DNA of 63,253 nt, the filler included, from Octopus bimaculoides (Eukaryota), in assembly GCF_001194135.2 (NCBI RefSeq). It is 8 parts of 8 records of this genome, joined end to end, with 100 filler letters (N's around TTAATTAATTAA, not from the genome) between each part and the next. Parts side by side here need not be neighbours in the genome. Positions count along the whole stretch, not along the records: positions 35,900 to 55,069 come from NC_068988.1; positions 55,170 to 56,659 come from NW_026373326.1; positions 56,760 to 60,880 come from NC_069000.1; positions 60,981 to 62,077 come from NW_026409777.1; positions 62,178 to 63,253 come from NW_026363974.1; 3 more parts are not named here. One strand, written 5' to 3'. Position 1 is the first letter of the stretch; every line of letters begins with the position of its first letter. Positions 50,895-63,253 of this stretch are shown here, in pieces. A program made the translations under genes and the position numbers. The notes beneath the pieces were generated by a model, which saw only the letters and a list, made by a program, of their open reading frames with translations, ran no database searches and was not told where the DNA came from.

Positions 50895-52750
50895 TGGTCT
50901 AACCCATGCCAACATGGACAACGGACATTAAATGATGGTGAGAAGGATACATACACACACACACACATCATATACATGTACACTTGTTACATACATTTAT
51001 CACCATCACCATTTAACATTTGTCTTCTATATTGGCATGGCCTGTAATGTTGAACAGGATATGATGAGCTGGAAGACAGCATCATAACTCCAATGTTTAC
51101 TCTGGCATGCTTTTTATGGCTAGATGCCTTTCCTAGGTCCAATCAGAGAGTGGACTGGGTGTTTTGTCAAGTCATCAGAACTTAGTGGGGTTGCCATGCA
51201 TTGTACAAACCTAAAGAATCTCTTTAACTGAATAAGAGTATAATAGAGAGGGGGATGGTTTTAACAGATAGTTTTATGCTAAATGTTGGCAGGTTAAAGT
51301 ATGAGAAGGGGCAAGAACAGGTTTCTTGCCATGAAGGAAATACATGGTTACCTTACATTACACAATAGGGGTAGGAGTAATTGGGATGGAGCTGGAAAGA
51401 GAGACAAATAATGGTGATGATGAGGTGTCACTGAGTACCTTCAAAATAAAAGAAGGTTAATAGTAAAGAGTGTGGGGACAAAAGATTGGGAAACAGGGAT
51501 GGGTAGAGGCTGCAGTGTGTGTGTGAAGGAGAAAGCTGGGAAGAGATGGGAATAGGGGTAAATGTAGTGAATGATAAATAAGGGTGGAGAGGTGGTCCTG
51601 ATGGGAAATGTGAGTCAGAAGCAAGGTGATAAGACAATGTGGGATGGGTGTTAATAAGTGGCTCAGGGAAGAGGATATGGTAACTGGCAGCATAGAAAGG
51701 GTGAAAAGTAGAATACAAACACAGGAGGGAACCTGTGGAAGAGGTAGACCCGACATGAGACAAAGAGGTGAAGCATGGTCTTCAGATCTTGAGTCTCCCA
51801 GAGGCAATGACAAGTGATCAAAACCTTTAGCGATTTGCTGTGCTTGAGAAGGCATGTCAAGTCAAATGAAATCATAGTTGTAGCCAGTACCAGTGACATG
51901 TAAAAGGCACCTGCTACATTCTTGGTGCGGTTAGCGTTAGGAAGGGCATCCAACCGTGAAAACCAAGCCAAACCAGAATCAAACTTGGTGCAGCTCTCTG
52001 GCTTACCAGTTCCAGTAAAACCATCTAACCCATGCCAACATGGAAAACGGATGCTAAACGATGTTGATGATGATATAGAGGAAGGATGCGAAACAGGGAG
52101 TTGATGGGTGTGAGGTGGGTGAATGAACATTGCAAGAGTGTGTGGAGAGAATAAGAAATGTATAGGGATAAAGTTGGAGGTGGTGAGAGGTACATAGGAG
52201 TGAATCAACAGAAAGTGATTCAAAGGAGAGGGAGCAATAATTAGCAGTACAGAGAAAGGGTGATTGACAAAAATCATGAGTGGGAAGAGACTATGTTAAG
52301 TTTGCATTTCAAAACAGTGATACCAGGGAGTGGAAGAGACAACTGGTAGTGCTGGAAAAGATGATTTCAATTACTGTAGTAGTTAGGACAGAGATGGAAG
52401 GATGAGTTATGGGGAGATGAGCAGATGGAAAAAGCTTGACAGGAATAAATTGTATGAGCTCAGTTGTCTGTAAAACATATTATGGTTCCAGGACCACAGT
52501 TTTGGTGTAATGCCATCTCAAACCGATGTATTACCAATTATGTCAGTCCTTTATCATCTCCTCAATGAGGATCAAAATTCTGAGATCTAAATTCAATATT
52601 CGTGTGTACTTTTAATGCTTTTCTTATGTTTAAAACCTTAATCACAGTAAAAGTTTTTAGTTTGTTGTAGGTTCTTTGAAATAAAATTATTTAACCAAGA
52701 AATGTAAAACAGAGAAAAACATAAAAAAAGGGTCTTGATTCATACTATAC

Positions 52751-52857
52751 CTCATATCTGCCTTCACATAATAGAAATAATCATAAGCAGGGAGTGGCAT
52801 AATTTGTTCCAAGAATATCTGAGGTGAAAGAGTTGGTGGTAAGCGTCGGATAACAAC
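52751..52857 (-). CDS. UPF3: UPF3 coding exon (first visible; RRM-like/Smg4 domain start), VVIRRLPPTLSPQIFLEQIMPLPAYDYFYYVKADM(S)
   Basis: Acceptor ttttcag and donor gtatag; 107 nt, phase 0 to 2. Matches the recalled UPF3 signature KVVIRRLPP.L. Confidence 0.95.
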
Positions 52858-54214
52858 CTGAAAATATAAATTAAGGATATGATGGTTCATTTCACATCTA
52901 TGATTAGCTGAGTACAGCTGAGGCAACTGAATTGGAGGAATAGAATGAAGGAATAACAGGTTATTCCATTGATGCTGACCAGTGTCACTAGCTCAGTTGA
53001 ATGAGTTAACATGAGTAAGTACAGCTTATTGCTGCCACAACATTGTCATCGTCATCAAGTAACATTAATTTTTAGCATAGTTTCTTCAGATGGAAGCACT
53101 TTCTAATGCCAGCTACTTTACATCGTGTACTGGGTGCATTTTTTGTAGCTATTTCCCCAGCTATCTTACGATTAACTATATGAGAGCAGAATTGCATATA
53201 TTCTATTCCCCCTTTCAGTGTTACCAGCTATCCCTCTCCTTGGAACTACTTCCTTTGCCACTCATCCCAAACTCTCAACATCATCCCTTACCACCTTATT
53301 TTCCACTAGATGCCCCTTTCTCCTGAATATCCCCACCTCTTACATTTACTATCAAGCCTACTTTTCTGGTCACTATATTCACCTCTACATGCCTCAGACA
53401 TCCATCTTTATCACTGTGCCTCTTCTCTCTCCCCTATGCTTCAAGTCTCCCTTATACCATTGCTCTCCACTCATTTTTCTTTTTATGTATTGCCACTTCT
53501 CACCTTTTCCTCATAGACCCACTCCTATTTTCCTTTATCTTCCCTCAAAGTGAGGCTCCCCCATGACTATATCCCCATCCATGTTCACCATTCATTGCAT
53601 TTACCTCTATTGTCATCTCTGTTATCTGTCACTTCCCTTTCACATCTTACAAAACCACACATTCAGCCATCCTTCATTCTCTGTTCTTGTTTTCTATTTA
53701 TCCACCTTCTTGTACCTTGAGGGAATGCCTTCATCTCTACCGTCCTTTTCTTTCCAGCTGAGGTAGCCAAATATACAGCAAGACACCTGTTCCTCTTCTT
53801 CTATCACACTTAAGCCTCTCAACACCTGGCACAAAAGCTATCTTCCTCAATACTGCACCCCCATCCACACTCAGTCAAGGGGTCTTGTCTTGTAATATAT
53901 TTCGTAACCTCACTGCTGCCGGTGTCATGAAAAAAGCACTCAGTACACCCTGTAAAGTGGTTGGTGTTGGGAAGGGCATCCATCCATAAAATCCATGCCA
54001 AAGTAGACACTGGAATCCAGCATAGATCTCTGGCTTGCTGAATCCTGTCAGACTCTCCAGCCCATACCAGCATGCAATACGAACCTTATATGATGATGCA
54101 GTTAACCTAAGTAGATACTCTTAAAATCATTCCATCTTTGTAGAGGAACTACTATCATCGCATATAATGAACTTAGATGGATTTCAAAATTTCAATATCA
54201 AAAATCAGGCACAG

Positions 54215-54590
54215 GTGAGGTAAAAAGTTTGCTTCCCAACCATAACGTTCCAGGTTCAGTCCCACTGTATGGTGCCTTGTGCAAGTGCTTTCTACTATAG
54301 CCTTGGGCTGACCAGAGTATTGTGGGTGGATTTGATGGATAAACTGTAAGAAGCCCATATATATATATGGGTGTGTATTTGTGTCAGCATTTGTTCCCCA
54401 CTACTGCTTGACAACCAGTGTTGGTGTGTTTACATCCCCTAAGTAAGCTGTTTGGCAAAAGAGACCAATACAATAAGTACCAGGCTTGAAAAAAAGGTAC
54501 CTGGGTAGATGTGTTTGACTAAAATACTTCAAAGTGGTGTCCCAGCATGGCCACAGTCTAATGAGTGAAACAAGTAACAAGACTAAGAGA
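54215..54590 (+). mobile_element. SINE family A copy with CpG decay, in a UPF3 intron
   Basis: Full alignment by eye to the other copies, with CG changed to CA/TG at several sites. Confidence 0.85.
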
Positions 54591-55169
54591 ACCATAATAA
54601 GAAGCAATGTTCAGAATAATTAGTTACCAAAGATGTCCCAGCTATGCAATCTCAACTGTTAATAAGATATAGAGCATCCAGGACTACTTTATCTTCCTCT
54701 TTTAAGATGGCAGAGTGTAATTTTGTAATTTGGCATTTATTTCCACTCCAACCCCTGTTTAGCCCATTAGAGATCACAAATGCTTTACATCACAATAAAT
54801 TTAAAGGGCAGACTTAATTTTTTTTTGTTTTTGTTCACCATGTCCTTCAAAATAATGGTGGCATCTTTTCAAAAAAATTACTTCTGGACTGATTTTGGCC
54901 AATTTTTTTTTAGTAGTACGCATTTAAAAACCATGGGAGAAGCTACTTAGGTAAAACAAAAAAAAAACAACAAATTTTGTAAATATTTTCAGACAAAAAT
55001 ATGTGTGATTTAAGGGAGATTTGGCTGTTATTTCTAGTACATCCCATGACCACCTTCTTCAGTTCTTTTNNNNNNNNNNNNNNNNNNNNNNNNNNNNNNN
55101 NNNNNNNNNNNNNTTAATTAATTAANNNNNNNNNNNNNNNNNNNNNNNNNNNNNNNNNNNNNNNNNNNN

Positions 55170-55942
55170 TTACTTTTCGTTAGTATCCATAAATTTTCCG
55201 TTTGTTTCCATTACTTTCCATTACATTCCGTTAGTTTCCGTTTCTTTCCGTTAGTCCCCGTTATTTTCCATTAGTTTCGTTAGTTTCCGTTAGTTTCCTT
55301 TAGTTTCCGTTAATTTCCGTTATTTTCCGTTATTTTCCGTTATTCTCCACTAGTGTCCGTTAGTTTCCGTTACTCTCCGTTAGTTTCAGCTACATTCCGC
55401 TTCTTTCCTTTAGATTCCGTTAGTTTCCGTTACTTTCCGTTAGTTTCCGCTACTTTCCGTTAGTCTCCGATACTTTCCATTAGTTCCCGTTACTTTCCGT
55501 TACTCTCCGTTACTTTCCGTTAGATCCCGTTACCCACCGTTAGTTTCCGTTACTTTCCGTTAGTCCCCGTTATTTTCCATTAGTTTCGTTAGTTTCCGTT
55601 AGTTTCCTTTAGTTTCCGTTACTTTCCGTTATTTTCCGTTATTCTCCGTTAGTTTCCGTTACCCGCCGTTAGTTTCCGTTACCCGCCGTTAGTTTCCGTT
55701 ACTTCCCGTTAGTTTCCGTTACTTCCTGTTAGTTTCCGTTATTTTCCGTTAGTTCCCGTTAGTTTCCGCTAGTTTCTGTTTGTTTTGTTTACTGTCTGTT
55801 ACATCCCGTTAGTTTCCGGTACTTGCCGTTATTTTCCGTTACTTGCCGTTACTTTCCGTTAGTCTCCGTTACTTGCTAAGTTACGGGGACGTAAACACGC
55901 CACCATTGGTTGTCAAGCGATGTTGGACACACACACACACAG

Positions 55943-55978
<36 letters not shown>

Positions 55979-56345
55979 CTATATATTACGAGGGTGGCAC
56001 ATCCTGGGTGGCACATCTGGGAGCCCTATGGCACAGTTAGAGGGTGGCACATCCTGGGTGGCACATTTGGTGTGTCCTATGGCAAACTTAGTTTCCGTTA
56101 GTTTCCGTTACACTCCGTTATTTTCCGTTTGTTACCGTCAGTTTCCGTTATTTCCGTAATTTTCCGTTTCTTTCCACTAGTTTCCGTTAGTTTCCGTTAC
56201 TCTCCGTTATTTTCCGTTAGTTTTCGTCAGTTTCCGTTAGTTTCCGTCTCTTTCCGACACTTTCCGTTAGTTTCCGTTAGTTCCCGCTATTTACCGTTAG
56301 TTTCCGTTAGTTTCCGTTACTTCCCGTTAGTTTCCGTTAGTTTCA
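55170..56345. repeat. 10-bp minisatellite (TAGTTTCCGT)n, interrupted at about 55870-56090
   Basis: Dozens of variant units. The interruption holds a SINE A fragment, (CA)n and a duplicated gggtggcacat block. Confidence 0.95.
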
Positions 56346-56389
56346 GCGCCCCACATGCTTGTTTATTGCATAGAAGTATTTTGACTAGT

Positions 56390-56430
56390 TGCGTAGCCAT
56401 TTATGTCCCGCTTCCTGTGCTTCTTCGTCC
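56390..56430. promoter_or_regulatory. Possible promoter segment upstream of UPF3
   Basis: CpG-containing unique sequence with YY1-like GCCATTT (56396) and ETS-like CTTCCTG (56411). Short motifs only. Confidence 0.2.
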
Positions 56431-57407
56431 GTAGCAAAACGCAACGATTTCAATTTTCCTATATTAGTTGGTGGTTGAGTTTGAAATATTGTGGTCAATT
56501 TGATATAGATTTCTACTTTTATCGGATTTGAGGTTAATATTAGATTATTGTATTTATCTTATCGTGGTCTTTAGGTTTCTTAAAACTTTATATTTTCAAT
56601 CAACAAGACTCCCAAGCGGCCACAATAACATCGATATGTACATGTTTTCAGATTTAAATNNNNNNNNNNNNNNNNNNNNNNNNNNNNNNNNNNNNNNNNN
56701 NNNTTAATTAATTAANNNNNNNNNNNNNNNNNNNNNNNNNNNNNNNNNNNNNNNNNNNNGTTCAAAGTAACGCTGACCTTTGAAACGGGAGAGACATGGA
56801 TGATTCATCTGACCTCTATTTCGAGTGAATGTCGTGAATAGTTTTTCGGGAACTTTGCAGAAAAAAAATCTCTTTTCTCACAGTTACATAATCTAGGATC
56901 CTCGTTCTACATTTCTTTCTTTCTGTCCTCTCTTCCTTCCTTCTTACGTTCTTTCTCTCATTTAGGCGACATGTACGGTTGAAAAACCTGCTTCCCAACG
57001 ATGTTGTGTTGCGGATTCACTTACAAAGCCATATGAGTGTCAGACGGAAACTGAAAGAAGCCTGTCGTGTGTGTGTGTGTGTGTATGGTGTTTTTGATAT
57101 CACGGGACATAACTCTTAACCAAACTCTTGCTGGGTTCGTTTCATCGCCTTTTTCACACCAACCACAAGCCAGATGTCTGTTCACCTCCAACAATAGAGA
57201 CAAGTCGCCATATTTCATTCCATTACTGCCATCTCTGAAGAGGGCAGAGTTATATAATCGGATTGCTACCTAACACTCTGTTGGATCCTTGGTGCGAAAC
57301 CGATTGGTAGGATCGACCATAATGGATATATAATACTGTACACTTCGATTAATACACTCACTCTACTCACAAGTATATAAGTGCATTTTTATGGATTCTG
57401 AGATGTC

Positions 57408-57446
<39 letters not shown>

Positions 57447-57699
57447 ATACAGGCATGTATGTGTGTCTATGTAAACGTGTGTGTATGTATCTTTATGTTT
57501 GTGTTTTATTTGAGACCCACCACTGTTTGACAAACGGTGTCAGTTTGTTTACATCCCCACAAATTAGCAATTCTGCAAAGGAGACAGATAAAATAAGCAC
57601 CAGGCTTAAAAATTGTTAAATGGGAACGCAAGTTGCCCTCGTTTGAACTTTTGAATTTGAATTTCTATGTACCACTTTCATTTTGAACTCTTCAAAGAC

Positions 57700-57739
<40 letters not shown>

Positions 57740-57744
57740 TTAAT

Positions 57745-57960
57745 GTTTTCTACTGTAAGCGCAAGACCTGAAATTTGTGGGGAGGAGTAAGTCGATTACA
57801 TTGACCCCCATTACTTGACTGGTACTTAATTGATCGACCCTGAAAGGATGAAAGGCAAAATCGACCTCGGCGAAATTTGAACTGAGAACGTAAAGACGGA
57901 CGAAATGCCGCTAAGCATTGCGCCTGATCAGCTAACGATTCTGCCAACTCACCGTCTTAA
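57745..57960 (-). mobile_element. SINE family B
   Basis: Reverse complement aligns with 5227-5445. Confidence 0.85.
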
Positions 57961-58748
57961 TAACAACAGCATCAACAACAGGAAGGAAGAGTGAGAAAAT
58001 AGCAACAACAACAATAATAATAGTAATAATAATGATAATAGCAGACGAAAGAGAAATAAGAAAGACGAAATAACACATCCGGAAGATGGTGGAAGTTATT
58101 TAATATTCTGTTACAATTCTGGACGGACGTTCATCTAGAAAGTTATTTGTATCTAATTAACATTCTATGTCCTGTCGCTTTCCTTGTTTAACGTTATTAA
58201 CTGCTGGCTATTAACGTTTACTATCAACTAATTTATTCACTTTTCGGGATAATAATAGGAATTATAAAATATATGTGGATATATTATTATTCCTGCATAA
58301 ATTGCAGATGAATATGTATAGAAAATATATAAGAAATTATTATATGTGTTTATAGATAGATAGATAGATAGATAGATAGGTAATACATACATAATACATA
58401 CATACATACAAAGTATTAACTGTGGTGATCAGTATAGAGCAAGCTCCAGCAGGCAATGCGGTTTCAATCCAGAGTGAAAATGTCTCCGATATCTTCCCTC
58501 GATACTCTTCTTCGAGCCATCAACATCACTACGTCTCATTTCAATAGCCTTGATATTGCAGGACTAATACCATGACAAAAGGAATCAATGTTATATACAT
58601 GTAAACACACACTCGTATGTGCTTGGATAGCACGTGGTGTAATATCCTGAAATTGTTCAGGCTTAAGATAAAACATGGCTTCTCTGAGAAAAAACGAACA
58701 ACAAAACAAGAAAAATAAGCGAGAAAAAGAAAATCATAGACGGAAAAT

Positions 58749-59062
58749 AAAAGAATTGTGCCTTTTGGCTCGCTGGCAGAATGCTGGTAATTGTTACATG
58801 AATAGGGTTAATCTGATGGTGAAAGCTAAAGTCAGTAAGACTATGCTTGATCCGGAGAGGATGGTGTTCTCCAGTTCGATAGGAGAAACTTGTCGGTATG
58901 CTGGCACCTTGTGAAAATTTCCAATTTTGCATTCAGGAGGTCGGTGGAGTTCTCCGGGTTAGGCATACAGTCTTACAAACATTAACCTCACCAACCATTT
59001 TTAATTCATGTATAACTATTACAAATATTCTCCAGCTAATAGGTCAAAGGAACACAATTCTT
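58749..59062. repeat. Diverged inverted repeat with arms of about 110 bp
   Basis: Shared blocks aagaattgtg, gctgg.agaat, gtaat.gtta, catgaat, gtaagact and ccggaga in 58749-58858 and in the reverse complement of 58951-59062. Confidence 0.7.
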
Positions 59063-59353
59063 GTCTCCCTTTCACATCAAGTTTCCATATCTTTTCTCCA
59101 TTTTTTTCTCTCGTTTCGATCATGTTCTTTCTTGCTTCTCTCCAGAGAAATGAGTTGCGACGTCACAGGTGCCAAGCTGTATCAGCCTTTCCCTTGGATA
59201 ACACTGGTGGCGTGGAGAAGGGAGGCCGGTATTCATAGGCGAATGCTGGTCTTCCGTAAACAATCTTGCCCGGACTTGTGCCTGAGAGGGTAACTTTCTA
59301 AGTGCAACCCCATGGTCAGTCATGACCGAAGGGGGTCTCAGCAATATATATAT

Positions 59354-59453
59354 ATATAGAATTTAATAAATGGAGTTATACGCATGTGTTAAATGATTTC
59401 TTAAAAGAAATCATTTAACACATGCGTATAACTCCGTTTATTAAATTTTATAT
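59354..59453. repeat. Near-perfect palindrome of about 100 bp
   Basis: Arms 59360-59402 and 59405-59447 with one mismatch; extends imperfectly to 59354/59453. Confidence 0.9.
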
Positions 59454-59604
59454 TTATTCAAAATACTTCAAATTAACAGGGAGTTTCTACCTCATAAATA
59501 AGAGTCACACCAAAGTTATTTTGTAAACTTTGCTACCTTGGTATCTATTAACCAATTTATTTTGTCAGAGTTAATTGTTAACTAAGAGAAAATAAATACA
59601 TATA

Positions 59605-59635
<31 letters not shown>

Positions 59636-59809
59636 GCTGGATGAAGCTTGATGAATTTTTATTTTATTTACTTATTAATTTTTTTCTTTTTTTTTCTCAG
59701 AACAGTTTGTTATATTGGTGAACAGTGAACGGTATTGTAGCGCATAAAGTTTGAAGTTGTAGTTAAGAAAACGTTAATTGAAATGGAAGGCTGGAAGCCA
59801 TCTGAATAT

Positions 59810-60300
59810 TGATTTAAAATTTTGGCACAAGCCCACCAATTTCGGGGAGGGGTAAGTCAATTGCATTGACCCCAGTACGGAACTGCTACTTATTATATCG
59901 ACCCCGAATGGATGAAATATAAAGTCGACCTCGGTGGAGTTTGAACTCAGAACGTGCAGACCGACGAAATGCGTGGGATCATGCTATCCCATGTGATCCT
60001 CTTCGCACAAAAAGAAACCAGTAGGATATGATGTGTGTGTGTGTGTGTGTGTGTGTTTGCATTTATATATATGTATACGCGTTTGCCGAGAGCTGGCAGA
60101 ATCGTTAGCATGTTGGAAAAAATGTTTAGCGGCATTTATTCCCGCTCTATGCGTTGTGAGTTCAAATTCTGCCAAAGTCAACTTTGCATTTTATATTTCG
60201 GCGTCGGGACAATAAAGTACCGACTGAGTACTGGGCTTGATATAATTGACTTGCTCTCCATCTACTAAAATTCTTGACTTTGTCTCCAAGATTGGAAACC
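59810..60300. mobile_element. Two SINE family B copies, head-to-head
   Basis: 59810-59970 (-) and 60088-60300 (+). Confidence 0.8.
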
Positions 60301-61109
60301 ATTCATACATGTTTACACCAACGCATTCTCTCATTTAACCCTAGGTCAGTTTTACCTGAGCGCATATCCCGTCTTTTATTCTGACATTCTGTTCCCAGAG
60401 CATTATCGAATCTCTCCTTTGCCATTCTCCAGACAACAGGTTTTGATTTAAAATTAGGATTTCCTGCTATTTTTAACCGCTTGATGGAACGTGGACCCGT
60501 GCTCTCGCTAATTCATCTTTTATTGTTGGTGTTATTGCTGCTGTTGATGATGATGATGATGTTAACTACACGAGGAATGTTTGAAGCCACATCATCTCAG
60601 TACATCTCCTCCTCCTCCTCCTGTCCCTCTCCTCTTCAGTTAGTCTTCAATTTCTATAAATAAACCGGGAGACATTCCATTGAAAGAAACAAGCAGGGCA
60701 CGAGAAAGAGGGAGAGAGAGGGGGAGGAGTGTGTGAGAGATAATGAGGAAGTGGTGGGGAGGAGGCGACTGCTGCTAAGTGAGTGGTAGGTGGGTGGGAT
60801 TGCGGGTGGGGGTGGATGGAGGACTGAATGAAAAGTAGAAAAACGCAGCTATGTTGGTAAGGGCTGGGGAGTACGGCGTTNNNNNNNNNNNNNNNNNNNN
60901 NNNNNNNNNNNNNNNNNNNNNNNNTTAATTAATTAANNNNNNNNNNNNNNNNNNNNNNNNNNNNNNNNNNNNNNNNNNNNATATATATATATATATATAT
61001 TTATATGTATATATGTATTTATGTATTTATGTACATATGTATCTATATATGTATGTATATATGTATATGTATGTATTTATATGTATATGTATGTATATAT
61101 ATGCATGTA

Positions 61110-61144
<35 letters not shown>

Positions 61145-61297
61145 GTGTATAAGTATATGTAAATATATATATATGTATATATGTATGTACATATGTATGT
61201 ATATGTATATATGTGTATGTATATATATATATGTGTGTATATATACGAATATATATATACCAATATATATATGCATATATATAGATATGCCTATCTA

Positions 61298-61400
<103 letters not shown>

Positions 61401-61474
61401 GTAGATATGTATATGTATATGTATATACGTATATGTATATACGTATATGTATATCTATGTATGTATGTATAGAC

Positions 61475-61532
<58 letters not shown>

Positions 61533-61741
61533 GTAGATCGATAGATATACATATCTACGCACACAAAATTATGTGTACGTTTATGTGTGTTTGTTAGTAT
61601 GCAAATATGTCCATTATGTGATATTTATGTGAGTATTTATGTGTATTTGTATATGAAAATGTATATGAAACAAATTTACTCATCAATTGCACATTTGTAT
61701 TTAAAGATACGTACGCATGAGTACTTGCACACACACACACA

Positions 61742-61782
<41 letters not shown>

Positions 61783-62208
61783 AATCCCACTTCCAGTTAC
61801 TAACGCAATGCATAACAAATCACAATGTATATGTATGTGTATATGTGTGTGTCGCGCTTATGTGGTAGACATGTATGTGAGGGTGCTTTTATTGTGTCGG
61901 TATACTACACAGGTAGCTGTTATACAAACAATTAATTTAGAAATAAATGAGTATTTTCACCTTGGAAACATACACACAAACACACACATACCCGCCAACA
62001 TATGAGACAACCAGCTCATACACAAACACACACATATATACATACGTACAAACACACGCTTATACACAAATCTAGAANNNNNNNNNNNNNNNNNNNNNNN
62101 NNNNNNNNNNNNNNNNNNNNNTTAATTAATTAANNNNNNNNNNNNNNNNNNNNNNNNNNNNNNNNNNNNNNNNNNNNTTTTTTTTTTTTTTCATGAATTC
62201 TCCCGCTA

Positions 62209-62239
<31 letters not shown>

Positions 62240-63253
62240 ATATACCTCTGTGTCTGTGTCTATGTATGTCACGACTATCGGTGCTAATCTGTTTGCGTCT
62301 CAGTAACTTACCAGTTCGGCAAAAGAGACCGGTAGAATAAGTACCAGGCTTTCAAAAAAATATATATACTGAGATCGATACATTCGACTACAAAATTCTT
62401 CAAGTCGGTGCTCCAGTGGGGTCGTAGTCTAATAACTGAAATAAGTAAAGGATAAACAATGAAAGATAGAACCACACGACGTTCCAGTATGTCATGTGTC
62501 TTTCAACTTTTATGAGAGCACTGTATTTAGCTGTTATTTCTAGCAACCCGTGTAACTACATCGAGGATCCATCTTTGGCTCACCTAGTTTGGTGAAGTGT
62601 TTCGTGACATTTGTTCTATGTGCTGTTGGTTTGCTCCTGTGTATTGCGGTGTTATGTGCCACTGCCAATTGGATTGATATAAGAGTGACTTGTCGAGAAC
62701 CTTTTTGATGTTTAATGGCCCATGACAGGGAATATGGCAATATTAAGGTATCGCTTCATAAATATCGAGCCAATCGATCCGAAAACTTATTAATAATATG
62801 AAAAAGATAACACACACACACACACACACACGCATACACACATACACACACACACACACACACACGTATACAAACAAGCAGAGACACTCAAACTCATTCA
62901 CACACGTACATAGTCATACAAACTCATTCATGCACGCACGTACAAACACGCAGAAACAAGCGCGTCACACACACACTCACACACACACACACACACACAG
63001 GCACGTGCGCGCGTGTTTCTGTGTGCATATGTGTGTATTTGTGCATATATATATTTAAAGTTATATTTGTATATTGATATATAAACACTGATCTCTGTAT
63101 GAACAGAAATATACGGATATATAGTATGCTCATATATATTATACATTCAAGTACATAAATAGATATATTCACATATGCCTGTGTGTACATACATGCATAA
63201 ATATGTATGCGTGTGTGTCTATATATAGATATAGGTATATATATATATATATA

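Noticed and set aside
56890-56975. K/E/R-rich minus-strand segment as UPF3 exon 1
   Set aside because: Two in-frame stops (MSPK*EKERKKEGREDRKKEM*) and no phase-0 donor.
58675-58914. ORF MASLRKNEQQ... with a good ATG context
   Set aside because: No recognisable homology, and it lies on one arm of a diverged inverted repeat whose other arm has stops.

Overview
Eukaryotic, AT-rich, gap-ridden genomic DNA, most likely from an octopus (inferred from the SINE families and microsatellite load). The one confidently identifiable host gene is UPF3, a nonsense-mediated decay factor, on the minus strand. Seven phase-compatible coding exons lie between 52857 and about 38421. Its first coding exon and the usual C-terminal EJC-binding motif were not found in the window. 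The rest is mostly mobile-element debris: tRNA-derived SINEs, RTE, R4/Dong-like, Tx1/L1-like and Penelope-like retroelements, mariner, piggyBac and a small LTR element, plus micro- and minisatellites. Most notable: (1) several minimal hammerhead-ribozyme motifs, two sets arranged as head-to-head inverted pairs, one of them fused to a tRNA-like Pol III head; (2) a 27-bp/9-aa tandem repeat (DKFERHEKA) inside UPF3; (3) a partial copy of a UPF3 exon that retains its 3' splice site inside the upstream intron; (4) a CpG-depleted domain that coincides with the UPF3 gene body. All calls come from reading by eye. Family names are from recalled motifs and were not database-checked.
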